Assembly: GCF_020745735.1 (NCBI RefSeq)
Contig: NC_083406.1
Coordinates: forward strand, 29,386,255 to 29,450,254
Length of the DNA: 64,000 nt
Direction: 5' to 3'
Source: Hemiscyllium ocellatum
Taxonomy: Eukaryota
In this document: in pieces, positions 1-12,650 of the stretch
Position numbering within the stretch: position 1 is the first letter of the stretch
Layout of the letters: every line of letters begins with the position of its first letter
Notes under the pieces: model-generated
Told to the model about the DNA's origin: nothing
What the model saw: only the letters and a program-made list of their open reading frames with translations
The model's database searches: none
Translations under genes and position numbers: made by a program

Positions 1-344
1 AGGACTGCACAACTTAGATCTAATCCATGAGTTGTGGGATCTCTAAGCCCTCTTTATTGCATGCATTGTATGCAATTTGGTGTGCATATAGTCCTGTGTA
101 AGTTTACCAGTTTGGCTATTCATTATTTGACCTCGGTTGGTGCAGTTTTTGGTATACCCTCCTCCACTTTTTACTGAACCAGGGCTAATCTCCTAGACTG
201 AAGATATACAAGGTATGAGGGTACAGATTGTGGATGAATATAATTCTGCTGTGGCTGATAGTTCATAGTGCTTCAGGGATGCCCAGTTTGAGTTACTTAA
301 TCTGTTTGAAGTCCAACCCATTTAGTTGGGGCAACAGTAGAGCC

Positions 345-705
345 ATAGTAATGTCATTGGAATAGTGTTCCAGACACCTAGACTAATGTTTTGGTGTCAT
401 GAGTTCAAATCTCACCTGTTGGAATTTAGGAATAATGGTAAACCTATAATTAAAAGCTAGCTTAAGAGTGACCATGAAACTATTGTCAATTGTCTTTTAA
501 AAAAAAAACACATATTTCATAATGATCTTTTGGCAAGGTAATGTCATACTTACCTGGTCTGGCCAACTTGTGACACTCTACCCACAGCATTGTGGTTTAC
601 TCAACTGTTCTATGCAATGACATAGCAAGCCACTCAGTTGAAGGGCAGTTGAGAGTGGGTAAAGTTGGACCCAACAGCAACCCCCACATCCCATGAAGAG
701 CGAAA
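345..705 (+). mobile_element. tRNA-headed SINE sharing sequence with the second LINE family; other copies at about 6255-6550 (-) and about 7555-7945 (-)
   Basis: B-box gagttcaaatctc; tacctggtctggcc...gaagggcagtt...cccacatcccatga recurs in the window. Confidence 0.7.
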
Positions 706-884
706 ACAAGTGATATCATGCCATATGACAGAATGGATGATGGTAACAGATTGCAGTAGTGTCCTGCTTTCTTTGTCGAACTTTGGGAGTGATTTAAAAA
801 CATATGGTGATGTAATAGGAAGAAAAATATGGACAGTAGACAATATTTGAAAATATAAATTTGAATCAGGGAAAATGAGTATGT

Positions 885-1050
885 TTAGATTCCCTACAGT
901 GTGGAAACAGGCCCTTCAGCCCAACAAGTCCATTCCGACCCTTCGAAGAGCAACCCAACCAGACCCATTTCCCTCTGACCAATGTACCTAACACTATGGG
1001 CAACTTAGCATGGCCAATTCACCTAACCTGAATCTGTACGTTATGGGGGA
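885..1050 (-). mobile_element. HE1-type V-SINE, 3' half
   Basis: Near-identical to 31642-31810. Confidence 0.85.
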
Positions 1051-1059
1051 GGAAGAGGA

Positions 1060-2350
1060 GTTAACATCAGAACTGAGAGTGGGAACATAGAATAGTAACA
1101 TGAATTAAAGTCAGGAAGAAAATGCATGAAACCAGTAGCTTAATAAGAATGACAATGGAATAGCAAATATAGTGAGAATTCCAAAAACACAAATCTGAAA
1201 GAAGAAAACAATTTATCGGAAATACAAACATGTGCAGAATAAGGAAGTAGGTAAATCTCAGATATAAGAAGTTATTTGAATTCAGCACCTACAACTCAAA
1301 GATGGAGATCAAGTTGGAGTTCAATAGTTGGAAAGAATAGGATTATTGGCTGCAACAATAAGGAACCAGAGGTTCCTTGGAATGACTGAGTGTTTGAACA
1401 GAAATTTGAACGAAAACTCAGTAAAATAACTGGCAATTCTAACACAAACCTGTTGGAATGCAAAACTGAAATAAATGAACTGGGAGTGATTAATGATTTA
1501 CAAAGAAGCATTCTTGGAGTTAGTGACTTAATAAGGAACCATTTACTCTTCATTTACTCAGGGGGCATAATTCATGCATTGCTGAACAAAATATATATTT
1601 TTTTAACAAAATATTACAGTAGAGTGGAAAGACTATGCACTGATAGAAGAACTGATCGATGAATTAACTTCTTATTTTAAGGAGTGGTGAATGAACGATG
1701 GAACTTTGATGCGTTTATTCAGAAAAGAATTTAAGGAAAAATACATGGCCAGGTACCAGAGGGTAGCAGTAATATTACAAATCATGCAAATGTAATGATA
1801 AGGTATGAGATGGATGGGCTGAGGGGTGTGAAAGTAGCAGGTAAGTGCTAGGAATAGTCTAGCCATTTCTAAGATGCAGCAGGAAGTGCCTGTGCCAGTA
1901 CCAGCCAGGTGTAAACCAGGACTATTGTGGCAGGACTATAGAAAGGGAAAAATCCTCCATAATGTAAAATCTGTGTTTTTCGCTGCCTGGCATTAAAGAA
2001 CCATATTAAAGGAATGTTTAGATCCAGAAGGAAAGCAGCATCTACAGATGCAATACTGAGTGTAAAGGGAAAACTGAAATAAGAGTACGAGGCAAGTGTT
2101 CAAATCAAATGTAATATTTTCAGAAAGGAAAAGGAACATGTCAATGCTAGTGAAGGAGGAAAGGCATGCAGTCAGGAGAACTAATATACACACAGGAGGT
2201 TCATACCACGTCAATATGGTTAGAGACGAAACATTACAACAATGGCTTGTTACATTTGTTAGACAGTAATACAGACTCACTGACTATTGGAAAAAAAATG
2301 GAAGTGAAAATGTTCAGATAGATCAGAGTGGTGAGCACAAATAAAATAAC
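1060..2350 (+). mobile_element. Possible second decayed Gypsy gag-protease remnant
   Basis: A-rich plus strand with knuckle-like fragments (YCGR..., HIKGM) at about 1920-2020; no intact motif. Confidence 0.35.
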
Positions 2351-4378
2351 TATTTAAGGACAATTAAATTAGCCATTCATTGTTTCGGACAGGGAGGGAG
2401 TAAACTAGGCCAAGTGCCTACAAGCCTTCTCTTTTTGTCTGCCTAGATACCACACCAGTTGCAGGCCATCCTGTAGAATGATACCCACTCCATTACCCAG
2501 GATGGTGGTGATTTAGCAGCACCAAATTTTTATTGTCATTAATTGCTGGCTTTTCTGCCCCATTTGAGCAAGGTGCTTTCTTTCCTTGTCTAATCCCTGA
2601 TTATAAGACCTCTATTCCCCACTCCTTCAGACACTTCCACTTAAATCCAATTATATTATACACTTCACTGGCTCCCATTGAAGTAAGTTTCACATTCTCA
2701 CCACGCTTTGGATAAAGAGGTGTCTCCTGAATTATACATTGAATTTATTGTTAACTATTTTATATTGTCATGTTCTTCCAAGCAAGATGAAACATGCCCT
2801 ATGGGTTTACTTGTATCAAAACCTTCCATAGTTTTAAAGAACTCTAGAGATTACTATCCAGCCTTCATTTTCCAAGATAGCTAAATTCTCAAACTTCTTC
2901 CAGTTTGGATACCCTGTGTTTCTGATATTCTCATTGAAAACTGTTTTGCAGCCTCTTCAGTGCCTCCAATCCTTTATTTTTTTATAATGTGACAAACAGA
3001 ACCGTAGACAGTGCTCAGAGTATGGTCAGAGCAAAGTTCAAATACTTGACGTAACTGCTGCTAAGTTGCGTGAGGATACAACATTTAACATCCTGGTAAG
3101 GAACCAACACCAAATGAGTCCTCAGAACATTAATTATCTCTGAAAACTGGTGCTGATTTTCCTATCCTCGTCTTGCAAAGGTGGTTTCTCTCAGCAGTAG
3201 TGCAGGACCAGCTGGAAAGTGGGTCAGATAGGTTTTTGAAGACCATGAGTAGCAGGTTTTGCAGTTGCTGGTGGATAAAGCCCTTAAAAATTAGTTCTTC
3301 AATCTGATGGTAGATTAGGACTCACTAGTTATTTTTGGAGTGGTTTTAGGTTCTCTGACTGCTTCTGATGCCAACCCAGATTGGCACCCTCAGGGGTATT
3401 GGATGGACAAGTTGGTGTAGGCACTGTCCAAGGCCATCTGTCGAACTGGAAGCAAATAGATGGCAGATGTTGCATCAGTCTTTAGCAGTGTCCCCACAGT
3501 TTTTCCCAAGTACTATCCTGCGGGACATCAACTTTTGTCGAATAAATTTCCATCAACTCTTCTGTGGACTACATTGCTCAGGATCTTCAGCTGAAGTGAT
3601 CCACTCTTCTATTTGGCAAATGGTTTTGGATATCTGCAGTCCTTGCAACTATTTTTCTCACAACAACAGGGTCCAGTTTAATCAATCTACTTGGAGCAGT
3701 CTGATTAGTCATGAAAATAAACCGTTGTAAGGCAATTATATTTTAAATGTCACCTTAGATTCAAGGTAAAGTGGAGTTTTTGGAAAGGACAATGTGATCT
3801 CTCCTGTGATTTGCATAGAAACCAGTACACATCATAGAAAACAGTACCCATATGCCTTGCTTTTTATGGAGACAACAAATCACAAATTGAAACCGATTCA
3901 AGGGTAGGTTCAAGTTTTAACGATGCCGTGACTTTTGATTGACTTGCAATCCCTGAGCTGGAACAGTCTGTATTGTGTTGAAATAACTTCCAGATTCTTT
4001 GTTACTCTGACAAGAGCAGTTTCTGTAGCAAAAGGCATATTCACAAAAGTAATGCATGAAGAAAATTAGCCCTTGAAGAGGTTGCACAGTTACAAGGAAA
4101 AGGCAGGGGTCTATGTTTAAACTGTGCAGCAGTCTTTCAGATTATGTCCAGGCACCACAGACCAAATGGCATCTTCCTGTGCTTTATCATACTGTGTTGC
4201 TGGGAATCCAGACTGATTGAGGAAGTTTTAGTTAGGAATAAGTACAATTCTCTTCACACTGGTTTATGCATGACTGCTTCTACAACCTTAATATATAACC
4301 TGGCATACATCAGACTGAGAAACAAGTGCAATTCCATACATGTCAATTCACTGTAATTAGTGTTTGTAGTTCTTTTCT

Positions 4379-4384
4379 TTTATT
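4379..4384 (-). terminator. Candidate distal polyadenylation signal AATAAA of TBC1D4 (3' UTR about 0.97 kb)
   Basis: tttatt on the plus strand, with a GU-rich stretch downstream on the minus strand. 4385-5336 is AU-rich and has no recognisable repeat. Confidence 0.45.
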
Positions 4385-4880
4385 TGAACATGTCTGAATT
4401 AGCCTTTTGGAAGATGCTTCAAATAACATCAGAAACAACAAGGAAGAAACTTTTTTTTGTTTTATAGAACCTACATTGTATACAGACATAAATTTAAATG
4501 ATTTGATAATATTTATAACACACAGTGGAAAATTAAGCACTATTGAACTCAATGGGTGGAAATAATTGCAGAAGCAGTTCCAATAGTCTTGATTTCCATT
4601 TTGAATATTGTCCTTCTTTGGACTTGAGCTGGTTCCGTTCCAGAGAAAAGAGGTAATGATTCGCTGGCGCACTGCAACATCAACCAACATGAAAGCAGTG
4701 GGATTTGGCACTTTGTAAGTGTGTCTGGTTGAAGTGGAGCTGGTTAAATGCCGTATCCATTCTCCAGTCAACCATTTTGTTGATGTAACAAAATGAACTG
4801 CTTTGTGTTTTTAAACAACAATTCAAACTGGCCTCACATTAGAACCACTTTGCTTCTTGAACAGAAAATACATTCTTTTT

Positions 4881-4886
4881 TTTATT
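4881..4886 (-). terminator. Candidate proximal polyadenylation signal AATAAA
   Basis: tttatt on the plus strand, about 450 nt past the stop; sits in an A-run, so it may be chance. Confidence 0.3.
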
Positions 4887-5336
4887 TTGTTTTTACATTT
4901 CCCACATGATTTTGACAGATTGAATACCATCCTCATCCCAGTAATTATATATGGCAGGAAAGGAGCAATTGACATAGAACCATCACCTTGGTCTTTGTCT
5001 TAATGATCAAGTAGCTCCCCTTGCTGAAGTACAATAAGTAATACAACAGAAGCTGCAGTCATGAAGCACAGTTTCCAACCGTGATGCTAAATATACTAAA
5101 CACCAAGTAAGTCAGGTGAAGGAGTGTTAAGTTGATTTTGTTTTTAAAATGACATTTTGGATACCCCACTTTCTAAATTCTCCATTCTTACGTTACAAAG
5201 GCCTCATACAATTTCTTCTGAGCCATATACCATGTGACACAGTGTCTCAGAGGCCTAGTAAAGCATGCACTTCCCTTTTCAGAATGGCTATTTGGCTTTC
5301 TACGGCACTGTCTCTCGCGTTTCACTCTTGACATTT

Positions 5337-5612
5337 TCATGGCTTATTATTTCCTATTTTCACTTTGCTACCATCCAATTCCTCATCCATTGCTTCAGGC
5401 CTTCTTGATGAGAAAATCCCTGAATTCTTCCTTGCCAGAAATTCCCCATCATTTAGGACATCCTGTGGCAAATATTTGCGCATATGTTCTATAGTCTTTA
5501 AGTGTGACTGCTTCTCCTGTTCCATTGTACGGATTAGGAGCTTCATTTTATTTTCTCGGATTAAAATGCTTTCAATGCTGGCTTCCAGGTTCTGTATCTT
5601 GAAGCGAGTGGC
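5337..5612 (-). CDS. TBC1D4: TBC1D4 last coding exon (276 nt including TGA): C-terminal coiled coil ending KVKIGNNKP
   Basis: Acceptor ttctccttcattttacag|GCC; stop at 5337-5339. The C-terminus resembles TBC1D4 (KAKIGNKP, from memory) and not TBC1D1. Confidence 0.95.
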   Translation of the reverse strand, partial: ATRFKIQNLEASIESILIRENKMKLLIRTMEQEKQSHLKTIEHMRKYLPQDVLNDGEFLARKNSGIFSSRRPEAMDEELDGSKVKIGNNKP

Positions 5613-6816
5613 CTGTAAAATGAAGGAGAAAATACTGTTTAGTGGCTCATTAGCAAGACATACATAACAGAGGACAGATATACAGCACCAGGCCATTGAA
5701 CAGTATGTGTGCATCTGTTGGACTTCAGGTGAAAGTGCACCTTCACCTACCTCTGCTCATCCCTCCATCTTCTTTCCATTTTTTTTGTGTGTAGGTTCTC
5801 CACATTGAGCTTCAACTCTCACCTTCACCAAGTTGCCGTTCTTCACATACAACTTCATAGGCTATTTGACCATGGTAGGAAAGGCACCACAACCCAACCT
5901 AATCCATATTTCACCAGATTTCCATATACCTGCACTATTTACCACGGCTCAAATGGAGCAGGCTGAAGAAAGGAATTACCCGACTTAGTTTACCTCCCTC
6001 CCTCCACCTTATTCCATCAACCCAGAATCGTCTGTGGTCAGCCATGTCAGCACAGCTCCATATGGAACCTTCCCATACGGCCCGCCAGACAGTGGGTCTT
6101 TTGTTTCTTCATTTTTAAAGATCCAGAAGTGTTCTGACACATAACTAAACCTTGTCTTCTCATCATCAAATCGCCCATGGTTTTTTTGATCCATTAATCA
6201 CTACTAATTGATCACTCATGTTCTCCGATTAACTAATAGACACGCAAAACCTTATTCTTTATTCACTGAATGTGGCTGTCACTGGCCAGGCCAGTATTTT
6301 GACGATGCTGGAGGTCTGGAGTCACATCTGGTCTAGACCATTTAAAGACAGCAGTTTCCTTCCTTAAAAGACATCGTTTTTTACGACAACTGGCAAAGGT
6401 TTCACAGACATCAGTAGCCCCTTAATTCTAGGTTTCTATTGAACTTAAGTTCCACCACCCATCATAGCAAGATTCAAACCCGGGACCCCAGAATATTGCT
6501 TGGGTCTCTGGATTAATAATCTTGTGACAATACCACTAGGCCTTTGCTCCCCATAAAGGAAGAAAGGAGTTCACCAGGAAATCCTTAACTTCGTGACCTT
6601 CTGAAATCCTGAGAACATAAGAAGATTTGCAGGTATGTAAACATTTTCTTTCCCTCTTTGGTGAAATTCCTACCAAAATGCCCAACTGATGGAAATTTAC
6701 TGGGGATTTCCACAGAGCCTGGAAAGATGGGCAGGCTTTTTTTTCACTAAGTTGGACAATACTGGCATAAAATGAGTATGAATTGAAGATTACAGAACCT
6801 GACAGTATAATATCTT

Positions 6817-6922
6817 AAAACAGAAAGAGATCGTGCTAGAGAAACTCAGAAAGTCTGGTAGCATCTGTAGGGAAAGGGAAGTAGAGTTAACGCCTTGAGT
6901 CCAGAGACCCTTCATTAGAACT
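6817..6922 (-). mobile_element. PLE 3'-terminus fragment (family of 39056) with decayed hammerhead at 6885-6922
   Basis: Similar to 39061-39150; stem I AGTT/AACT and stem II GGGTC/GACTC are retained. Confidence 0.6.
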
Positions 6923-7249
6923 GTCATTCAGGATGTCACTTTCAAGTTGACTGCTGTGTCCGTTAATACAAAACCTTGCCCTTCCCTAGAGTTAAGGTAT
7001 GAAAAAAAACTGTTGAAGGAGGATTGATGTTACAGTCATGGGAGAAAGCAACATCGACACTGGTGAACTACAATTTAGGTGAGGTTGACTACTCCTTGGT
7101 CATTTCAGGTCTTTTCCTCACCTCATACTTCAAACAGGTTTTTGTTAGTCCCAGGTCATTCACAGCATAGAATAGGCTCATATTGTAGGCTTTGGTAAAG
7201 TTTGAGAACTAATAAAGTTATTATTTAATCAATTGAGGATGACATAGAT

Positions 7250-7365
7250 AGCTGGAGAAACTCAGCAAATCTTAGAATTCTGAAGAGGGGTCACCAGACC
7301 TGAAACATCGACTTGGCTTTCTCTCCACAGATACTGCCAGACCTGCTGACTTTCTATTTCTATTT
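7250..7365 (+). mobile_element. PLE 3'-terminus fragment with hammerhead core CTGAAGA G GGGTC ACCA GACCT GAAA CATC (7280-7309) and a short inverted copy at its left
   Basis: agaaactcagcaaatct on the left approximately pairs with agacctgctgactttct on the right. Confidence 0.6.
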
Positions 7366-7644
7366 TCTTGTGACCCTTGATTGTCCTCTGACATAGCTTA
7401 CCAAAATATTCAGTTACATGTAAGCTGTTCACGACCACCTCAGGGATATGACTGTGTCAGTGAAGATGAAATAATAGTGATGACACTAACATTTTTAAAA
7501 TTTAAACAATAATATCATCTCCTTTGCAAATTAATTGTATAACTTCTTTACAACTTTTCATTCTTTCATGGGATACAGTGTTGCTAGCAAAGCCAACATT
7601 TGTTACTCAAACTAAGTGGTTTGTTAGATCATTTAAGAATGCAG

Positions 7645-7867
7645 AGTAAAAAGTGAGGTCTGCAGATGCTGGAGATCAGAGCTGAAAATTTGTTGCTGGT
7701 TAAAGCACAGCAGGTCAGGCAACATCCAAGGAACAGGAAATTCGACGTTTCGGGCCAGAGCCCTTCATCAGGAATCCTGATGAAGCGCTCTGGCCCGAAA
7801 CGTCGAATTTCCTGTTCTTTGGATGCTGCCTGACCTGCTGTGCTTTAACCAGCAACAAATTTTCAGC
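7645..7867. mobile_element. Fold-back Penelope-derived mini-element: 93-bp arms (7681-7773 / 7775-7867) plus a 36-nt unpaired tail; 14-bp TSD
   Basis: Arms are reverse complements with 3 mismatches and a 1-nt spacer. TSD atttaagaatgcag at 7631-7644 and 7868-7881. Sequence is related to the 3' terminus of the GIY-YIG elements at 27014 and 37551. Confidence 0.9.
7740..7775 (-). ncRNA. Minimal type I hammerhead ribozyme motif: AUUC CUGAUGA A GGGC UCUG GCCC GAAAC GUC^GAAU
   Basis: Full conserved core, 4-bp stem II, 4-bp stem I (AUUC/GAAU), GUC cleavage triplet, stem III reduced to palindromic ACGU. Activity not shown. Confidence 0.75.
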
Positions 7868-7954
7868 ATTTAAGAATGCAGCCATATTTATCAATGTGGA
7901 GTCACATGAAGGCCACACCAAATGGCACATTTTCTCCCCTAAAGGAGAAACATA

Positions 7955-8879
7955 AGAGGTATAGTTAGTAAGTTTGCAGATGACACCACAATTGGAGGTG
8001 TATTTGACAGCGAAGATTACCTCAGATTACAACAGGATCTTGATCAGATGGGTCAATGGGTTGAGGAGTGGGACAGATGGAGTTTAATTTAGATCAATGT
8101 GAGGTGCTGCATTTTGGGAAAGCAAATCTTAGCAGGACTTATACACTAGGTTTCTAAGGAGTGTTACTGAACAAAGAGACCTTGGAGTGCAGGTTCTTAG
8201 TTGCTTGAGAGTAGAGTCGTCAAGCAGATAGGATAGTGAAGAAGGTGTTTGGTATGCTTTCCTTTATTGGCCAGAGTATTGAGTACAGGAGTTGGGAGTT
8301 CATGTTGCGGCTGTACAGGACATTGCTTAGGCCACTTTTGGAATATTGTGAGTAATTCTGGTCTCCTTCCTAAAGGAAGGATGTAGTGAAACTTGAAAGG
8401 GTTCAGAAAAGATTTACAGGGATGTTGCCAGGGTGGGAGGATTTGAGCTATAGGGAGAGGTTGAATAGGCTGGGGCTGTTTTCCCTGGATAGTCAGAGGC
8501 TGAGGGTTGACCTTATAAGAGGTCTATAAAATCATGAGGGGCATGGTTAGGATAAACTGACAAAGTCTTTTCTCTGGGGTGGGAGAGTCCAGAACAAGAG
8601 GACATTGGTTTAGGGTGAGAGAGGAAAGATATAAAAGAGACCTAAGGGACAACTTTTTCACACAGAGGGTGGTATGTGTAAGGAATGAGTTGCCAGAGGA
8701 AGTGGAGGAGGCTAGTACAACTGCAACGTTTAAAAGGCATCTACAGGCATGAATAGGAAGGGTGTGGATGGATATGTGCCAAGTGTTGGCAAGTGGGACT
8801 AGATTGGGTTGGGTTATCCGGTCGGCATAGACGAGTTAAGATCGAAGGGTCTGTTTCCATGCTGTACATCTCTATGACT
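7955..8879 (+). mobile_element. CR1 (HER1-like) LINE 3' end, 5'-truncated
   Basis: SKFADDT.IGG, RPLLEYC..FWSP, LERVQKRFT motifs and tail ctgtacatctctatgact. Confidence 0.9.
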
Positions 8880-8889
8880 TTGGGTGTAC

Positions 8890-10918
8890 TTTGTTGGCCT
8901 AGCCAACATTTATTGCCTATCTCTGATTGTCCTTGAGGTGGCCATGGTGGGCTGCCTTCTTGAACTGCTTCAGTCCATTTGGTTTAGATAGACCTACATG
9001 CTTTCAAGGTGGATGTTCTCGAATTTTGACCCAGTGACAGGACAGAAACGATGATATACCCCCAAGTCAAGGCAGTGAGTGAGTTGGAGGGAAACTTGCA
9101 ATTGGTGGTGTTCCCATCTGTTTACTTCCCTGTCCTTTTATGTGATAGTGTCCACATATTGGGAATTTAATATCGAAAGAGCCTTGGTGAATTTCTGCAG
9201 TACATATTGTAGGTGGTACACACTGTTGCTACTAAGCATTAGTGGTGGAGGGAGTGAATGCTCAAGCAAATGATCTCTGGAATCAAGCTCTTTTGTTCAT
9301 AGTTGAACCAAAGCTGTAATGAGGTCAGGAGCTGAGTGGGCCGTGCAGAACCCAAACTGGGGCATCAGTGAGCGGGTTATGCCAAGGAAGAGGTACTTGA
9401 TAGCATTGGAGATAACACCTTCCATGACTTTACTAATGATCATGAGTAGACTGATGGGGCGGTAATTGGTCAGCTTGGATTTGTCCTGCTTTTTGTGCAC
9501 AGGATATACAATTTTCCACATTGCCAGGTAGGTGACACTGTCCTTGCTGTACTGAAACATCTTAGCTATCGACACAGCAAGTTCTGGAGCAAACTTCTAC
9601 AGTAGTGTTGCCAGAATATTGTCAGTGCCCATAGCCTGGCAGTGCCCAATGCCTCCAGCTTTTTCCTGATATCATATGGAATGAACTGAATTGGCTGAAG
9701 ACTGGCACCTGTGATGGCAGGAACCTCTGGAGGGAGCCAAAATGTATCTCTGACTTGGCACATATTGCGAACTGTTGTGGATTTTTCAATCTTCTCTTTT
9801 GTACCAGGCTCCCCCATTATTGAGGATGGCTATACATGTGGAGCCCAACCCTTGAATGAGTTATTTCATTTTTCACCACCATTTATGACTGGACTGGTTG
9901 CATTGCAAAGCTTAGATCTGATCCTTGGCTATAGAATCACTTAACTTTTTCACTTGCTGCTAATGCTGTTTAGCACACAAGTAATCCTGCTTTGTAGCTT
10001 CATCAGGTTGGCACCTCATTTTTAGACATACCTGATATTGCTCCGGTTGTGACTTCCCGCACTCTTTATTGAACCAGGTTTGAGCCCCTTAATGGTATTG
10101 GGGAGATGGGGATATGCTGGGCTATGAGGTTGAAATTTTCTTTGAGTACAAATCCATTGCTACTGATGTTGCTTCACACATGGCCATCTTGAGTTGCTAA
10201 ATCATTTTGAAGACTGGTCCATTTAGTACAGTGAAATTGTCACATTAGGCCTATATAGTGGTCACATTTATCGACATTGTCATAGACAGATGCATTTGCA
10301 GCAGATAGATTAAATGAGGGTGAGGTCAAGAATGTTTCTCCCTCTTGTTCGTTTCCTCACAACATGCTGCAGACCCAGTCTAGCTGCTCATTGGCTTGAC
10401 GGTAGGAGACAGAGGGTGGTGGTGGAGAGTTATTTTGCAGACTGGAGGCCTGTGGCCAGCAGTGTTCTGCAGGAATTGCTTCTGGGACCGCTTTTGTTTA
10501 TCGTTTATATAAATTATTTGGATGAGAATTTGGGAGGCATGGTTAGTAAGTTTTCAGACAAAACCAAAATTGGTGGTACAGTCGAAAGTGAAGAAGATTA
10601 TCTAGGATTATAAAAGGGTCTTGACCAATTGAGCGAATGGACTGAGGAATGGCAGATGGAACTTAATTTGGATAAATGTGACATTTTGCATTTTGGTAAA
10701 ACAAACAAGGCAGGACTTATACTGATAATGGTAGGGCCCTGGACAGTGTTGTCGTACAGACAGATCAAGTGGTCCAGGTACACAGTTTGTTGAAAATTGC
10801 GTCACAGGTAGATAGGATGGTTAAGGAAGCATTTAGGACACTTGCCTTCATTGTTCAGACCATTAAGTATAATATTTAGGATGTCATGTTGAGGTTGGAC
10901 GGGGCGTTGGTGAGGCCA

Positions 10919-10950
<32 letters not shown>

Positions 10951-12005
10951 CTGCTGTAAGAAGGATATTATTAAATTGGAGAGGGCATTCAGAAAAGATT
11001 TACCAGGATGTTGGAAGAATGGGAGAGGCTGTATAAGCTGGGACTTTTTTCACTGGAGTGTAGGAGGTTGAGAGGTGACCTCATAGAGGCTTATAGAGGG
11101 GAAATATATAAGTTAGAGAAGCTCAAAATTAGGGGACATATTTTTAAGGTGAGAGGAGAAAGATTTAAAAAAAGAATGTGAGGGGCAACCTTTTCACACA
11201 GAGGTGGTTCATATGTTGAATGAATTGCCAGAGTAAGTGGTAGGTATAGGTATAGTTATAATATTAGATGACATTTGGACAGGAAAGGTTGAATAGGAAA
11301 GGTTTAGGAGGGACAAGGACCAAACGCAGGCAAGTGGGAGTAGTTTAGTTTAGAAAACTTGGTCAGCGTGAACTAGTTGGACTGAAGGATCTGTTTTCAT
11401 GCTGTTTGATTCAATGACTTGGTCAGCTTGAACTTTAGAGACAGGACTGAGCCACTGTTGGTAGCAGAATCCCCCACCAAGAATACTTTTTGGCAACCTC
11501 AGTGCTTCTTCCAAGTGGCGTGAAATATGGAGTAGTACTCATTCATTAGCCTTGGTTTGAAGGAAATGTCGGGCTGTTACATGCAGTAATCAGCAATTAT
11601 TTCCTTTATCACATTTAACCTGAGAAAACTCCCTCCCAACACTACACTACTATACACCAGCTCTGCATGGTATGTTTGGCTGGTGGGACATGACGTACCT
11701 ACGGATTATTATGGTGGCGTTTAAAACATTATCAGCAAGTTACAATTGCCTGAGTAATTGCTTTGCCAAGCTGCTGCTTGACCACTCTATCAGCCTGTTG
11801 TCCTAATTTTGGCATTAGCCCCCAGATGTTGGTAAGGACAACTTTGCAGTGTCAACAGAACCGTGTTTACCATGGAAGTTTCTAGTGCCGAAGTTGATGC
11901 CAGGTGGTCCGTCCATTTTTGTTCCTTTTCTGAAATCTTTTAGAGGTTTAGTACAACGCAGTGGCTTGCTAGGCCATTTCAGAGGACACTTGATTGTCAA
12001 CTACT
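8890..12005 (-). mobile_element. Decayed CR1/L2-group LINE of a second family, interrupted by a younger CR1 at about 10385-11420
   Basis: PVHKKQDKSKLTNYRPISLLMIISKVME...QFGF (ORF 9297..9575) is the RT N-terminus. Related pieces at 1-320, 23700-24270, 28340-28740 and 44440-44910. Confidence 0.75.
10385..11420 (+). mobile_element. CR1 (HER1-like) LINE 3' end
   Basis: WLDGRRQRVVV...LGPLLFIVYIN...SKFSDKTKIGG; [15 protein letters not shown]. Confidence 0.9.
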
Positions 12006-12224
12006 TTGCTTTTGGTCTTATGATTAATCAAGAAGTTTCATGCACTTTATGACTTCCTGCAATTTTCATGTCTGAGCCAGAATATGTTGGCCTATACTTT
12101 AATATGTAGAAAGCAGCATAGTGATGTTAGGCTTATTGAGGGTCAGAGTATGTCCTACAGCTCAATCGTCTGCACAGGAAATAACTGACAGATGAATGGG
12201 AATCTAAACATAGCAATAAACTTG

Positions 12225-12458
12225 AATCGTAGATTCACTAGAGGAAGGAGGCCATTTGTCCTATCAAGTCCACACTGACTCTCCCACCCAGACAGATACC
12301 CCAAGTTATCCTGGTAACTTTGCCAGTGTACCATGCCAGCACATCCTGGATGCTACAGAGCAATTTAGATCTGCCAATTCACCTAACCTGCACATGTTTC
12401 GAGTGTGGGAGGAAACCCACGGAAACACAGTGCTAACCACTGAGCCACCGTGTTGCCC
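12225..12458 (-). mobile_element. HE1-type V-SINE (internally deleted)
   Basis: Reverse of the gggcaacacggtggctcagtggttagcactg tRNA head. Confidence 0.8.
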
Positions 12459-12650
12459 TAATGATGGACACAATTGTCTTTGACATCCAAAAGCACCTGA
12501 CATTGCAGGATTAAAATTAATTTTCTTGATTAAAAAATACTGCAGGCAGGTGTATGTGTTATCTGTCCCAAAGCAAAGATCCTGTGGGTATCTCATTTCC
12601 GGAGACAATATCATTTGCATTAACAGTTTTACAGTTGATGTCATTGTTAC

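Noticed and set aside
7645-7867. Interpretation of the hairpin elements as DNA-transposon MITEs or pre-miRNAs
   Set aside because: 13-15 bp TSDs, an asymmetric tail and relatedness to the 3' end of GIY-YIG elements point to Penelope retroelements.
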